Below, one piece after another: positions 16,556 to 25,627 of a stretch of DNA of 43,093 bases (positions are counted from its first letter, which is position 1; each line of letters starts with the position of its first letter). The stretch comes from a virus, in the IMG/VR virus record IMGVR_UViG_3300029811_000147, positions 1-43,093 of that record. One strand, 5' to 3'. A model generated the notes under the pieces. It worked only from the letters and a program-made list of their open reading frames with translations. It made no database searches and had not been told where the DNA came from. The translations under genes were made by a program, and so were the position numbers.

Positions 16556-19378
16556 ATGGTGACGGCGGTCTATTATAAATGGGAATGGAAGGGCCGGTGG
16601 ATTTATGCGCCGTATATCACGCCGATTTCGGCGACCAAGACGGCGGCGCCCGCCATAGCAACGGCAACGTTCAAGCTGCTGTACGGACAGGGGACGTGGG
16701 AAGACTTTACCCGAATGAAGGACGGCGGCCTGCTTTCGAGCTTCGCATACTGCTATATCCAGATACGCGGCAGGGACGGCGCCAGTGAAACTATTCTCTG
16801 GACGGGAATTGTGCCGGCGGAGACGTTTCAGCTTCTGGGTAAAGGAAGCACGGGAAAGAAGGTGGACCAGGTCCTGCAGGCGTACGGACTGGACATGCTT
16901 TTAGAGAGTCGGCCGGACGGCGCCCGGGTGAAACGTGGTACCACCAAGCCGGTCTGGATAGATTATTTGCCGACGTTCAACCGCCGCTACGAGTACGGAG
17001 GCGGCATCGTCGGTAATCGCTCCGACCAACAGATTGAAGGGGCAAGCGATGTGTATGTCTTTTCCGATGAAGGTAACGATTGGACTAATTACGACATTAT
17101 AAAGTATCTCTTAAAATACTATCAGCAGGACAACGGACCGCAATTTTTCTTGGGCAAGAAATTAAAAGGTTTGATCGGATTCAAATGTGTAAGCTGCGGC
17201 AAGACATACGATTATAAACCGGAGAAATGCGAGAGATGCAGCGGCAGTAACTTCAAAAGAATTCGTCTGCCCAGGATAGAGAACGAAGAGGCGGACATAA
17301 ACGAGGCGCTGGATAAGATTGTCGGCGTCTATAATTTCAGCAGCCAGACCGTTCGCAGCGCCCTTAACGTTCTGATAAATCAAGGCCGCGGGTTTTCGTG
17401 GACATATACCGTCGATAGCGACAACAACGTCGAAATCGTGCCGTTCAGTCTGCTCGATAAGGAGATGACGCTCGGCGACGTTACGATGCCGGCGAACAAG
17501 AACAAGGTAGCGCTGGACCTGTGGGAAAACAAGATGCACACCACCGTCAACGTCATCCAGGACACGATGCATACCTACGATAAGATAGTGGTGCGCGGGG
17601 CGAGAATGAAGTGCTGCTGCACGCTGCGACCGATACAGGGCTATAAGGACAGTGAAGGGGAGATTCAACTGTTACCGCCGTCCATCGAGAAAGGCTGGAC
17701 GGAGGCCGAGGAGACGGCGTATAAGAACGCGGCGAAGAATACGGAAGGATACGATGAGCTTGACGATTATGCAAAGGCGGAATTGAATGATAAGTTCCGA
17801 GCGGTGGACAGGTTCTCAAGGGTCTTCACGACGTTTAGAATACCGCACGACTGGGACTGGACTATATGGACGATGCCGGAAGAAGGCAAGGACCCCTCGT
17901 TCGAGCTGGTCAATCCGAAACTGGATTCGTTAGGCAATATTACGAAAGAGCAGGCGGCGTATTTTAACGTCGATAAGAGGCTGCTTACGTTTGTGCCGTT
18001 AAAGGTCGGCGTCGATTATAGTAATTATGCGAAAGATGAGAACCCAATTAACTCCGAGCCGGAATTCCGCAAGCTCTTTGTTTTGGTCAAGGACCGCAGC
18101 GGCAAATACCAGTACGCCGAGAAATTAGAGAACCCGGCGATAATCAGGCCCTTAATGAGGGAGATGGGACTGGAGATGCGGTTCAGACCGGCCTACTTAG
18201 CGGCGCTGAACCACTGGGCGGACGCCGAGCCGGGACAGACAGCGGTCGGAGGAGAACTTGAATATACCGAAGGGCTGGGAATCGATTACGAGACGATGAT
18301 TGCCACGGTCTTTATCGAGACCGACCAGCACGTCCAGTTAAGCTATAACTTAACTAATTACGAGAACAAACGGGTGCTTACAATAGATATACCCGACGCC
18401 GAATTGTGGTATATCGTGCCGGGTACGATAGTTGATATTGACGCTGGCGGGAAGCTTGTCGAAGATAAGTGCTGGCCTTTTTTAAGGGACGATTGCGGCC
18501 GAATGCGGTCAGCGCTGACGGCGGCCGTCGGCTGGTACGGCAGGCGCCATAACAAGGTCAATATAACCGTTAAGGCAATTGAATCGGGGCCGGAGCTCGG
18601 GACGCTGATTGACAACGTTGACGTCGCCGGGGTAGGGGCGGCAGGCTCGGTGGTAACGGCCGTAAGCTGGAACTTTCAGAACAGGCCGCCAACGACGACT
18701 ATACAGACCGATTTCGCCGCGCTTAATATCGCGGGCATATTCGGACTGGGCGGCTCGCCAAGGGGAGGGACGGCGGGGACGCCGGGCCCGCTAACGGCCG
18801 CCAGGAAAATCGATACGCTCGAAAAAGATGTAAATGCAATCAAAACCGAATTAGGTAAATCGCCGCTTAGAATAGAAACCGGCGGGGGAGCGAGTACGGG
18901 CATCCTTGCGAAGATAACCGAGTCGCTTCGGCGGGCGGACGAAACAGCGGAAGAACCGGAAGACAGAGAGGCCGTCGAGAATTACAAGATAAAGCTGCTC
19001 GGCGGAGCGATTATCGATGAATGGGCGGCGGATTATGGCCAATATACGGCAGGTGATATCGCCAAATACGGCGAAAAGGATTACGATTACAAATGCCTCG
19101 TAACACATAACAGCGAGGAGGCAAAGAAGCCAACGAATACGACGTTCTGGAAAGAGCTCGGCGCCGGGCTGGATGCATGGGTTTCGGGATACGCAGGAGA
19201 AAATCTGCTCGAGACGCTCCCCTGGTTCCAAATAGACGACATCGTAGAGGTCGAATACCATTCGGGTAAATGGTGGATCAAAGAGACGGCGACGAAAGTG
19301 GAAGTAGTAGAAGATGATGAGATTCATTGCTCCCTTGCCTGGAACGAAACGGATGAGCGGGCGATGGGAGTGTTCTGA
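16556..19378 (+). CDS. Large tail, baseplate or receptor-binding protein with an inserted zinc ribbon and a C-terminal CBM5/12-like motif
   Basis: 940 aa. Contains CVSCGKTYDYKPEKCERCSGSNF. YTAGDIAKYGEKDYDYKCLVTHNSEEAKKPTNTTFWKELG fits the chitin-binding type 3 (CBM5/12) pattern. Confidence 0.6.
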   Translation: MVTAVYYKWEWKGRWIYAPYITPISATKTAAPAIATATFKLLYGQGTWEDFTRMKDGGLLSSFAYCYIQIRGRDGASETILWTGIVPAETFQLLGKGSTGKKVDQVLQAYGLDMLLESRPDGARVKRGTTKPVWIDYLPTFNRRYEYGGGIVGNRSDQQIEGASDVYVFSDEGNDWTNYDIIKYLLKYYQQDNGPQFFLGKKLKGLIGFKCVSCGKTYDYKPEKCERCSGSNFKRIRLPRIENEEADINEALDKIVGVYNFSSQTVRSALNVLINQGRGFSWTYTVDSDNNVEIVPFSLLDKEMTLGDVTMPANKNKVALDLWENKMHTTVNVIQDTMHTYDKIVVRGARMKCCCTLRPIQGYKDSEGEIQLLPPSIEKGWTEAEETAYKNAAKNTEGYDELDDYAKAELNDKFRAVDRFSRVFTTFRIPHDWDWTIWTMPEEGKDPSFELVNPKLDSLGNITKEQAAYFNVDKRLLTFVPLKVGVDYSNYAKDENPINSEPEFRKLFVLVKDRSGKYQYAEKLENPAIIRPLMREMGLEMRFRPAYLAALNHWADAEPGQTAVGGELEYTEGLGIDYETMIATVFIETDQHVQLSYNLTNYENKRVLTIDIPDAELWYIVPGTIVDIDAGGKLVEDKCWPFLRDDCGRMRSALTAAVGWYGRRHNKVNITVKAIESGPELGTLIDNVDVAGVGAAGSVVTAVSWNFQNRPPTTTIQTDFAALNIAGIFGLGGSPRGGTAGTPGPLTAARKIDTLEKDVNAIKTELGKSPLRIETGGGASTGILAKITESLRRADETAEEPEDREAVENYKIKLLGGAIIDEWAADYGQYTAGDIAKYGEKDYDYKCLVTHNSEEAKKPTNTTFWKELGAGLDAWVSGYAGENLLETLPWFQIDDIVEVEYHSGKWWIKETATKVEVVEDDEIHCSLAWNETDERAMGVF

Positions 19379-19382
19379 TTAG

Positions 19383-19422
19383 TTTTGAATTTTGAGTTTT
19401 GAATTTTGAGTTATAACTAAAA
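19383..19422 (+). repeat. Family A heptamer array (ttttgaa ttttgag ttttgaa ttttgag ttataac taaaa)
   Basis: Lies between the stop at 19376-19378 and the ATG at 19423. Confidence 0.95.
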
Positions 19423-21822
19423 ATGTTCTGGTGGGAAAAAGCTAACTGGCCTGCGAAGAAAATGGACGAGGTCCTTCATCCGTTCTTCGAGGACATTCGC
19501 AAGCTCATTTTTTTGCTTGAGAACCCAGCAGCCGGTAATTTCGATATTTACAGGTTCTTCGGTAAAAGCCTCGATGGTAATATTACCTACGTTCCTTACG
19601 ATGAGCAGAACTGGGCCGGCTCATGGGCGGGGTACGCACCGCCGAACCTGGCCAAGCCGGGTGAAATAACCGTTGTCTATAAAGACCATACCGGCGCCGA
19701 AGATATTTACGTGAACTGGATTGAGATGTCGGAAGCGGGCCTGGAGAACCATCCGCCAATACAATCGGACAATACGCTCGATAAGAGGTACTGGCGGCTT
19801 ACCACGAACCCGAATTACTACTGCCATTACAACCACAATGCGGGCAAGCCGAAAATAAAGGCGGACGGCAGATACTTCGTAATCCACCACGCCGAAAAAA
19901 GCGAATTAGGCCAGGTGGTTTACGAGGCATACGATTATCGCGATTATGCTTACAAGTGGCTGCCGCGTCATACGCATCCTGAGCGGCAGGTAGCGCCCGT
20001 CAAATACAAATCAGGTATAGTAAAACAGCGCAGAGACCCAGCATTGTACGGGGTTGAAAAGAAACACAAGTATATCACACAGAACCTCGGCACCCAATGG
20101 CCCAGGGACTATGCAGATGTATATCGGCGGCTGACCGAATATGTAAAGGAATTTACAGAGCCCAGGGACGAGGCCGTGGAATTGGCGAAGCAGTTTGCGC
20201 ACGATGCCAAGATGTGCGAGGCCTACCAGGACCGGGCAATACGTACTATAGAGCATGAGCAGCAATACCTTGCAAAGGTCGACCAGACCTATATCGACGC
20301 CTGGACGCGCCGACAGGGGACCGAATATAATTCAGGTACAGAATACTTTAGCGGGACAGAACAATGGGCCACTCCTGCCAGCATAGTTTATCCTCCGGGT
20401 GGAGGTGCTGAGGGGACGCGTTATCTCTGTATTAAAAGAAATACAGGAAATCCGCCGCCGAACCCGACGTACTGGACTACGCCGGCCTATCGGCCGGATT
20501 TGTGTATATACCAGCCGGTCTATGATGCGCCCGGCGTTGATGTTGCCGGCAAATTATACGGCGCACGCTTTTTCTGCTGTAACGGCAGTGCGTTCGAGAA
20601 AGTGCTCAAAGAAGTCGGCCATTACGATTGGTGGTGGGACTCCGCCTGTCCTTTCGTACCCAGGGTATTAACCGACCTGCGCGAAGTGTATCCCCCGGCT
20701 GAGTGGCCACTGCCGTGCGGATGCTGGCGGAGGACGTGGCGGCATTCGATGGGCAGGGTCGGGGCGCTCATGTGGCCGGGGGAATCAGGAGAACCGCCGG
20801 AATATTACCCGGCCCATTGGAGCGTGACGCAGGCGGTTTACGATGCAGCGAACAACCCGACCAATTACAGAGTCGTCAATAACCCGCCCGACTTTACGCT
20901 GACCGAAGAGCAGGAAGAAGCGCTAAAGAAAAGACATGACCCCAGGGCGGTCAGTACGGCAAAAGTAAACGGCGCCACAATCATCGAGCCGCATTACGAG
21001 CTCCATCACGATTTGGTCAATGATATTTACGATGCATTGAAGGAGCTCAAGCTGATTGACTGGACGTACCCCAGCTGGTGCTGGGTAAAGTCCGGAACGA
21101 ATACTAATTCAGGGGAGTATCGTGATTCGAGCCTTACGGCATACGCAGCAGGCAGACTTTCGGCCATCGCAGCCAGGGCCTGGCCCTGGCCGAACCCGAA
21201 CGGCTGGGAGGGGGGGATGGAAGAAACATTCGGATATGACACGGAGGTGCGATGCCATGAAAATGCGCCTCTCGGCCCCCCAAAATATAATCCGGACTTG
21301 GTAATTATATTAGATGAGTTTGCACTGTGCCTGCGCGTTCCGAAAACAGGGCTTCTGCCCGGTATGCTGTCGGGACGGCTGCTTCTGCGCGTAGCCTGGC
21401 GGGGTATAAATACCCCGAATAGTATTAAGCGTTATACCGAATGCGTATTCGGATTCGGGGACAAGACGCTGGTGGGTGTCCCCGGCGATATAGAATGGAA
21501 TTACGCGTGGGTGGCGCTGCAGCCTGGAACCGTCGTAGAGAGTGATGACTTTTACAACTATTATTGGTTTTATGGTCACGTACTTTCACCGTGGCCTTAT
21601 ACGGAGAAAGGCGGATGGATGGACTGGGTATGGGCGTCGGATGATTATGTCAGGTATGCTATCAGCCAGATTGAAATCAGAGTGCCCGGCTGGCCGGGAA
21701 CGGCGAATCCAGATCTACGGACGAGTATAGATAAGCGCTCCATATTCGAGATTGACTGGGACAAGGCGCCGAAGTCGGTGTTTACAGAGCTGGGAACGAA
21801 TGCGATTGAATTAAAGAAATAA
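19423..21822 (+). CDS. Large tail or fibre protein with a CBM5/12-like motif
   Basis: 799 aa. WATPASIVYPPGGGAEGTRYLCIKRNTGNPPPNPTYWTTP resembles CBM5/12. Trp/Tyr-rich. Confidence 0.55.
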   Translation: MFWWEKANWPAKKMDEVLHPFFEDIRKLIFLLENPAAGNFDIYRFFGKSLDGNITYVPYDEQNWAGSWAGYAPPNLAKPGEITVVYKDHTGAEDIYVNWIEMSEAGLENHPPIQSDNTLDKRYWRLTTNPNYYCHYNHNAGKPKIKADGRYFVIHHAEKSELGQVVYEAYDYRDYAYKWLPRHTHPERQVAPVKYKSGIVKQRRDPALYGVEKKHKYITQNLGTQWPRDYADVYRRLTEYVKEFTEPRDEAVELAKQFAHDAKMCEAYQDRAIRTIEHEQQYLAKVDQTYIDAWTRRQGTEYNSGTEYFSGTEQWATPASIVYPPGGGAEGTRYLCIKRNTGNPPPNPTYWTTPAYRPDLCIYQPVYDAPGVDVAGKLYGARFFCCNGSAFEKVLKEVGHYDWWWDSACPFVPRVLTDLREVYPPAEWPLPCGCWRRTWRHSMGRVGALMWPGESGEPPEYYPAHWSVTQAVYDAANNPTNYRVVNNPPDFTLTEEQEEALKKRHDPRAVSTAKVNGATIIEPHYELHHDLVNDIYDALKELKLIDWTYPSWCWVKSGTNTNSGEYRDSSLTAYAAGRLSAIAARAWPWPNPNGWEGGMEETFGYDTEVRCHENAPLGPPKYNPDLVIILDEFALCLRVPKTGLLPGMLSGRLLLRVAWRGINTPNSIKRYTECVFGFGDKTLVGVPGDIEWNYAWVALQPGTVVESDDFYNYYWFYGHVLSPWPYTEKGGWMDWVWASDDYVRYAISQIEIRVPGWPGTANPDLRTSIDKRSIFEIDWDKAPKSVFTELGTNAIELKK

Positions 21823-21848
21823 CGTGAAACGTGAAGCGACGAACAACG

Positions 21849-21934
21849 AAATTCTGGGACAGTCATAATGGCAAGAGCCATGCCTCTTGGCAAAGACGTT
21901 GACAGTCCCGAATTTCGTTGACAGTCCCGAATTT
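21849..21934 (+). repeat. Family B element, copy 5
   Basis: aaattctgggacagtcat, then ggcaagagccatgcctcttggcaaagacg, then ttgacagtcccgaattt twice. Confidence 0.95.
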
Positions 21935-21955
21935 ACAAATTGAAAGGACAGGCAG

Positions 21956-22948
21956 ATGGCTGATTTATACTGGAAGGGCGGTCAGTTGAATGGGGGGAGC
22001 GAAGACGAGGACAAGGGCGATTTTAACCTGGCTGCGAACTGGCAGACGGCAGTAGGCGGGGCAGGCAGTGTGCCCGGCGCCGCCGACGTGATGCACTTCG
22101 ACAAGCGGGCGGGGATTGTGCCGAGTAACTACGCAGGCACCAAGCATACAATCGGCAAGCACTGGAACTGCTATCATAATATGGCCAACGGGCCGGACGA
22201 CTGCCAGGGCTTCGTGAGAAGTCCCGACTTTACCGGCAGAATCGGTATGGACTCCGAGGATACGATCGCACCTTTGCAGTTGAGCTTAGCGGCAACGAAG
22301 AAACTCATCTACCAGGGCGATGAGCCGTGCCATATCAAAATCAAAACGGCGGCGAAAAGCATACCCCTGGTAACCCACGACAGTGTGTCGGGACTACTGG
22401 CAATAAGCGGCGTCAACGATACCAACGCCGAGTGGACGAAGATCGAATGCTACGGCGGCGGGACGCTCGAGGTCCAGAACGATACGAAGGTCATCGAAAT
22501 CCATAATTACGGCTCAGCCACGGTTACCATTCACGAGGGCTGCCCGGCGCTCAAGATTTATGCGGACGGCGGCTCGGTGTACAGCGATAGTCCGTTGGAT
22601 GCAGTCGAAAATTACGGCGGGGCGATAATGCTGGGTAATACCGCGCTGGCCGTGGCACAGGCGGCGATTGATATTGCGAGCTTACTCAACGTTGACGGCA
22701 GCTTTACCTGGCGGGCGGGCGGTAAGATGACGGCGTGTGAGCAGCGGGGGAATGCCACTATTACAGTCGTCGGCGATGGCGATAAACAGGTAGGTAACAG
22801 CGGAAACATCTTCAAGCTGCTGGACGGCACATTCGACGCGAGCGGACAGCACGGTAAGTTCACGAAGGGAGCGACCTGCGGGATACTTATACGCGATGCG
22901 ACGTTCATACCGCCGAAGGGCTTCCAGATAGATGACTGGAGCGTGTAG
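21956..22948 (+). CDS. Hypothetical tail protein; last gene of the + strand late operon
   Basis: 330 aa. RBS aaagga. Confidence 0.55.
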   Translation: MADLYWKGGQLNGGSEDEDKGDFNLAANWQTAVGGAGSVPGAADVMHFDKRAGIVPSNYAGTKHTIGKHWNCYHNMANGPDDCQGFVRSPDFTGRIGMDSEDTIAPLQLSLAATKKLIYQGDEPCHIKIKTAAKSIPLVTHDSVSGLLAISGVNDTNAEWTKIECYGGGTLEVQNDTKVIEIHNYGSATVTIHEGCPALKIYADGGSVYSDSPLDAVENYGGAIMLGNTALAVAQAAIDIASLLNVDGSFTWRAGGKMTACEQRGNATITVVGDGDKQVGNSGNIFKLLDGTFDASGQHGKFTKGATCGILIRDATFIPPKGFQIDDWSV

Positions 22949-22951
22949 TAA

Positions 22952-22997
22952 TTTTGAGTTTTGAGTTATAACTAAAAATTAAAAACTAAAAACTAAT
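22952..22997 (+). repeat. Family A array with the fullest inverted right arm (ttttgag ttttgag ttataac taaaaat taaaaac taaaaac)
   Basis: Starts 3 nt after the stop at 22946-22948. Lies between convergent genes, so it may act as a terminator. Confidence 0.9.
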
Positions 22998-23036
22998 CTA
23001 TGGGTATCAGGTGGATTGATTATGCTTACTATGATG

Positions 23037-23915
23037 TTAAAATTCTGCCTGTGATTTATGTTTGATAGTTAGGATCGCAAAACCCAGCGGTCTACAAAAT
23101 TTTATTGTTATTAGCTTATTTCCTTTGATTATTTCCCCGCCCAAATCATCTGAAGAATAGTCGGATTCCTCCACAATCGTGCTCAACCACTTAGGACTGC
23201 TTGGCCATTCAGGTACCATAATTTCAAGAAAGCGGAATTGTATTCTAATATTTCGTTCCAAAATATCAGGTTGGTCATTAGGAAGCCAAATCAGAAGTGT
23301 GGCCTGTGATATATTATTTTTACCGATGATTTCCAGAGATGCTAAACCATCGGACGTTTCTCCCAGATATTTCTTCTGTCCATTATCAAGCATTATTTTG
23401 CTCACCAAGAAGAAATCAAAAGAGGAATTAGAAAAAGCGTTCACTATCTGATAGTACAAAACCTCTATTGATTTTTGGGCACGGACTTTTTCGGGCATCG
23501 GCGAAATTATGGTCGGATAGATTGGTTCTGGTTTCAAAGGTGGATGAGACGAAGAAATTCGACCATAGATATAAATACATAAAGCCAAAGCAGATAAGAC
23601 GCCTATGGTTGTCAAGAAACCAGTGCGAAATGCTACTGGTGAGCGGTTCCAGAGTTTTGTCAGGAAATTGCCGCGAGATGGTAATAGCTGGGATTCTTGC
23701 GGCGCCGTAGATTTGGGAGATTCGCTGGCCTGCAAGACATCTATCGGCACAACAATGGGGGTCGGCTTAGGTTTCGGACTTTTGGGGATTATTATTTTTT
23801 CTTCCAACGGGTTGGTTATCAAAACCCCTTGGCAACCTTTGCATTTGATGCGCTTGCCTTCGTACTCATCCGGCACAGAGAGGACTTTTTTGCAATGTGG
23901 GCACTGGACTTTCAT
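23037..23915 (-). CDS. Membrane protein with an N-terminal MJ0042-type zinc ribbon, one TM helix and a roughly 170-aa extracytoplasmic domain (moron or superinfection-exclusion candidate)
   Basis: 292 aa. Starts MKVQCPHCKKVLSVPDEYEGKRIKCKGCQGVL, followed by a Pro-rich linker and TM FLTTIGVLSALALCIYIYG. AT-rich and on the opposite strand. Confidence 0.6.
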   Translation of the reverse strand: MKVQCPHCKKVLSVPDEYEGKRIKCKGCQGVLITNPLEEKIIIPKSPKPKPTPIVVPIDVLQASESPKSTAPQESQLLPSRGNFLTKLWNRSPVAFRTGFLTTIGVLSALALCIYIYGRISSSHPPLKPEPIYPTIISPMPEKVRAQKSIEVLYYQIVNAFSNSSFDFFLVSKIMLDNGQKKYLGETSDGLASLEIIGKNNISQATLLIWLPNDQPDILERNIRIQFRFLEIMVPEWPSSPKWLSTIVEESDYSSDDLGGEIIKGNKLITIKFCRPLGFAILTIKHKSQAEF

Positions 23916-24086
23916 ATCCGTAATATAACAAGAATTTGTGAATTTTCAAGAGAATTTTTTTCTTGACTTTGTTTTCGTCCGGGATTACGATTATTATACG
24001 TTAATGTCAGATTCAATGATAACTCTCTCGTAGCAAGGATGTTACGATGAAAAGCCGTGGCATGCCCGATAGATTCGGCAAGAAAT

Positions 24087-24422
24087 CTACTTTATACGAG
24101 AAGATTTTTCTTTTGATTTTTTTGCGTCTGCTAAAATCTGTTGACGCTGTTTCGGGCTCAAAGAAGCCAAAAATTGCTGAATCTCGGCATTAGTAATATT
24201 GTCGATAAGAGCTCTTTGTACTTGTTTTATGGCTTTTTTCAAGTCAGGCATAACAGCCTTTCGTTTGGCTTCTTCTCTTAAAGTCGAATCCAACGCCATC
24301 CAAATCAAAAATGCACCTGCGGCCGAAGGACTAAACTTTTTGCCTGGAGCGTGAAATTTTTCCCATTGTTCAAGCAATTTCTCTGGGAAATAATAACCTC
24401 TTTTCAAAAATTTTTCATCCAT
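24087..24422 (-). CDS. Hypothetical 111-aa protein, divergent from the RHH-like gene (possible immunity regulator)
   Basis: Clean minus-strand ORF. No recognisable DNA-binding motif. Confidence 0.5.
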   Translation of the reverse strand: MDEKFLKRGYYFPEKLLEQWEKFHAPGKKFSPSAAGAFLIWMALDSTLREEAKRKAVMPDLKKAIKQVQRALIDNITNAEIQQFLASLSPKQRQQILADAKKSKEKSSRIK

Positions 24423-24462
24423 ATAAATCCTTATTACAGGGCTACTTAAAGGTTTTCAAGGG

Positions 24463-24484
24463 TTCTAAATAGTAATTTTTAGAA
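24463..24484. promoter_or_regulatory. Candidate operator, TTCTAAA-N8-TTTAGAA palindrome in a divergent intergenic region
   Basis: Read directly. A TTGACA box follows at about 24505. Confidence 0.35.
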
Positions 24485-24582
24485 ATTTTCAGTACTTTTT
24501 CCTTGACACTCACCGATATTAACTATACCGTTGTCGTTGGTTTTGAAGTGTGTTTGTAGATTCAGTGTATAGGGGCAAAGAA

Positions 24583-25002
24583 ATGAACGAAAAACCCCAT
24601 CAGGTTATGGAAGACCAGAATGACAGGGCACAGAAGGGGATAGTCCTTCGTGCCGAGGTTGCTCCATCCTTGAAATGCGGCTTCCTTACGAGGATCCGTT
24701 CAGCCGGATTCGCCAGCGAAGCCGATGCGATCCGTACTCTTGCCCGCGATTTCGTAACGGGCAGGATTCAATATATCGGCGGGATGCTGAGAAGTCAAGA
24801 AAAAAATTGTGAAAACGGCCCCCCTGCAATGCCGATAGGCCTCAGGACAGAAAAAGACCCATCGGCGGCAGGGGGACCGAGTGAGCAAAGCAGCTCTCCG
24901 GCACAGAGTCAACAAACTTCTCAACCAGCCCCTTCAGGTGGACAGCAGGGCGTCTCACGTGCGTCAGGAACGCTGCACGAAAAAAATCAGGGGGGAAGAT
25001 AG
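24583..25002 (+). CDS. Ribbon-helix-helix-like regulator with a disordered Ser/Gln/Pro-rich tail
   Basis: RBS agggg. GIVLRAEVAPSLKCGFLTRIRSAGFASEADAIRTLARDFV has a strand-helix-helix layout. Confidence 0.45.
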   Translation: MNEKPHQVMEDQNDRAQKGIVLRAEVAPSLKCGFLTRIRSAGFASEADAIRTLARDFVTGRIQYIGGMLRSQEKNCENGPPAMPIGLRTEKDPSAAGGPSEQSSSPAQSQQTSQPAPSGGQQGVSRASGTLHEKNQGGR

Positions 25003-25026
25003 GGGCAGGTAAAAATTAAGGGCGTA

Positions 25027-25068
25027 GATTGAGTTTTGAATTTTGAGTTTTGAATTTTGAATTATAAC
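25027..25068 (+). repeat. Family A heptamer array (gattgag ttttgaa ttttgag ttttgaa ttttgaa ttataac)
   Basis: Followed by the shared leader ggcgaagagcaagtacg and then ATG. Confidence 0.9.
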
Positions 25069-25085
25069 GGCGAAGAGCAAGTACG

Positions 25086-25175
25086 ATGAAACTAATTCTG
25101 TTGATTTTGGCCATCTTTGTATCATGGGTTATTAGTCTTGGTGTAGGTGGTGGCGGCCCAGAAAGACCTCAGTGA
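25086..25175 (+). CDS. 29-aa hydrophobic micro-protein (MKLILLILAIFVSWVISLGVGGGGPERPQ)
   Basis: Below the ORF-track size cutoff. Shares the family A plus ataacggcgaag leader with the next gene. Confidence 0.35.
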   Translation: MKLILLILAIFVSWVISLGVGGGGPERPQ

Positions 25176-25183
25176 ATCGAGAG

Positions 25184-25197
25184 TTTTGAATTATAAC
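25184..25197 (+). repeat. Family A short copy (ttttgaa ttataac)
   Basis: Followed by ggcgaagttcaaggacgaga and then the ATG of CDS 25218. Confidence 0.8.
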
Positions 25198-25217
25198 GGC
25201 GAAGTTCAAGGACGAGA

Positions 25218-25514
25218 ATGACGGAGCTGAAAAAGCCAGTTAGACGCGTATCGGGGGATTCGGTATTCGAGGCGGGGAAGTTACGGCCGGTGATAATTAC
25301 GCTTGAGCCGCCCTGTGTCCTGAAATTCAGGGCGAAAGGCTGCAAGAAAACGTATTCACTCACTATCGCCGCCTGTTATTCAATGGCCGTCAAGGCCGAT
25401 ATAGAAGCTAAAAAACGCGAAAAACAGAAGCAACCGAAGCAATCGAAGCGAAAAATTGGATTGTCTAAATCGTTTGACAGCCGATTTTATCAAACGCAAA
25501 TTATAGCTCTTTGA
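25218..25514 (+). CDS. Small basic protein upstream of the integrase (excisionase candidate, by position only)
   Basis: 98 aa with a Lys-rich C-terminus. Confidence 0.4.
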   Translation: MTELKKPVRRVSGDSVFEAGKLRPVIITLEPPCVLKFRAKGCKKTYSLTIAACYSMAVKADIEAKKREKQKQPKQSKRKIGLSKSFDSRFYQTQIIAL

Positions 25515-25627
25515 AAAGTTAATATGGCGTGGCGCAGCAAAAAGGATTGACGAGGGTCTTGATGTGCTGTAAGCTGGCGGCAATTGCGTCTTGGCTTGCA
25601 GCTATTGCCGCGAAAGGAGGTGATGCT

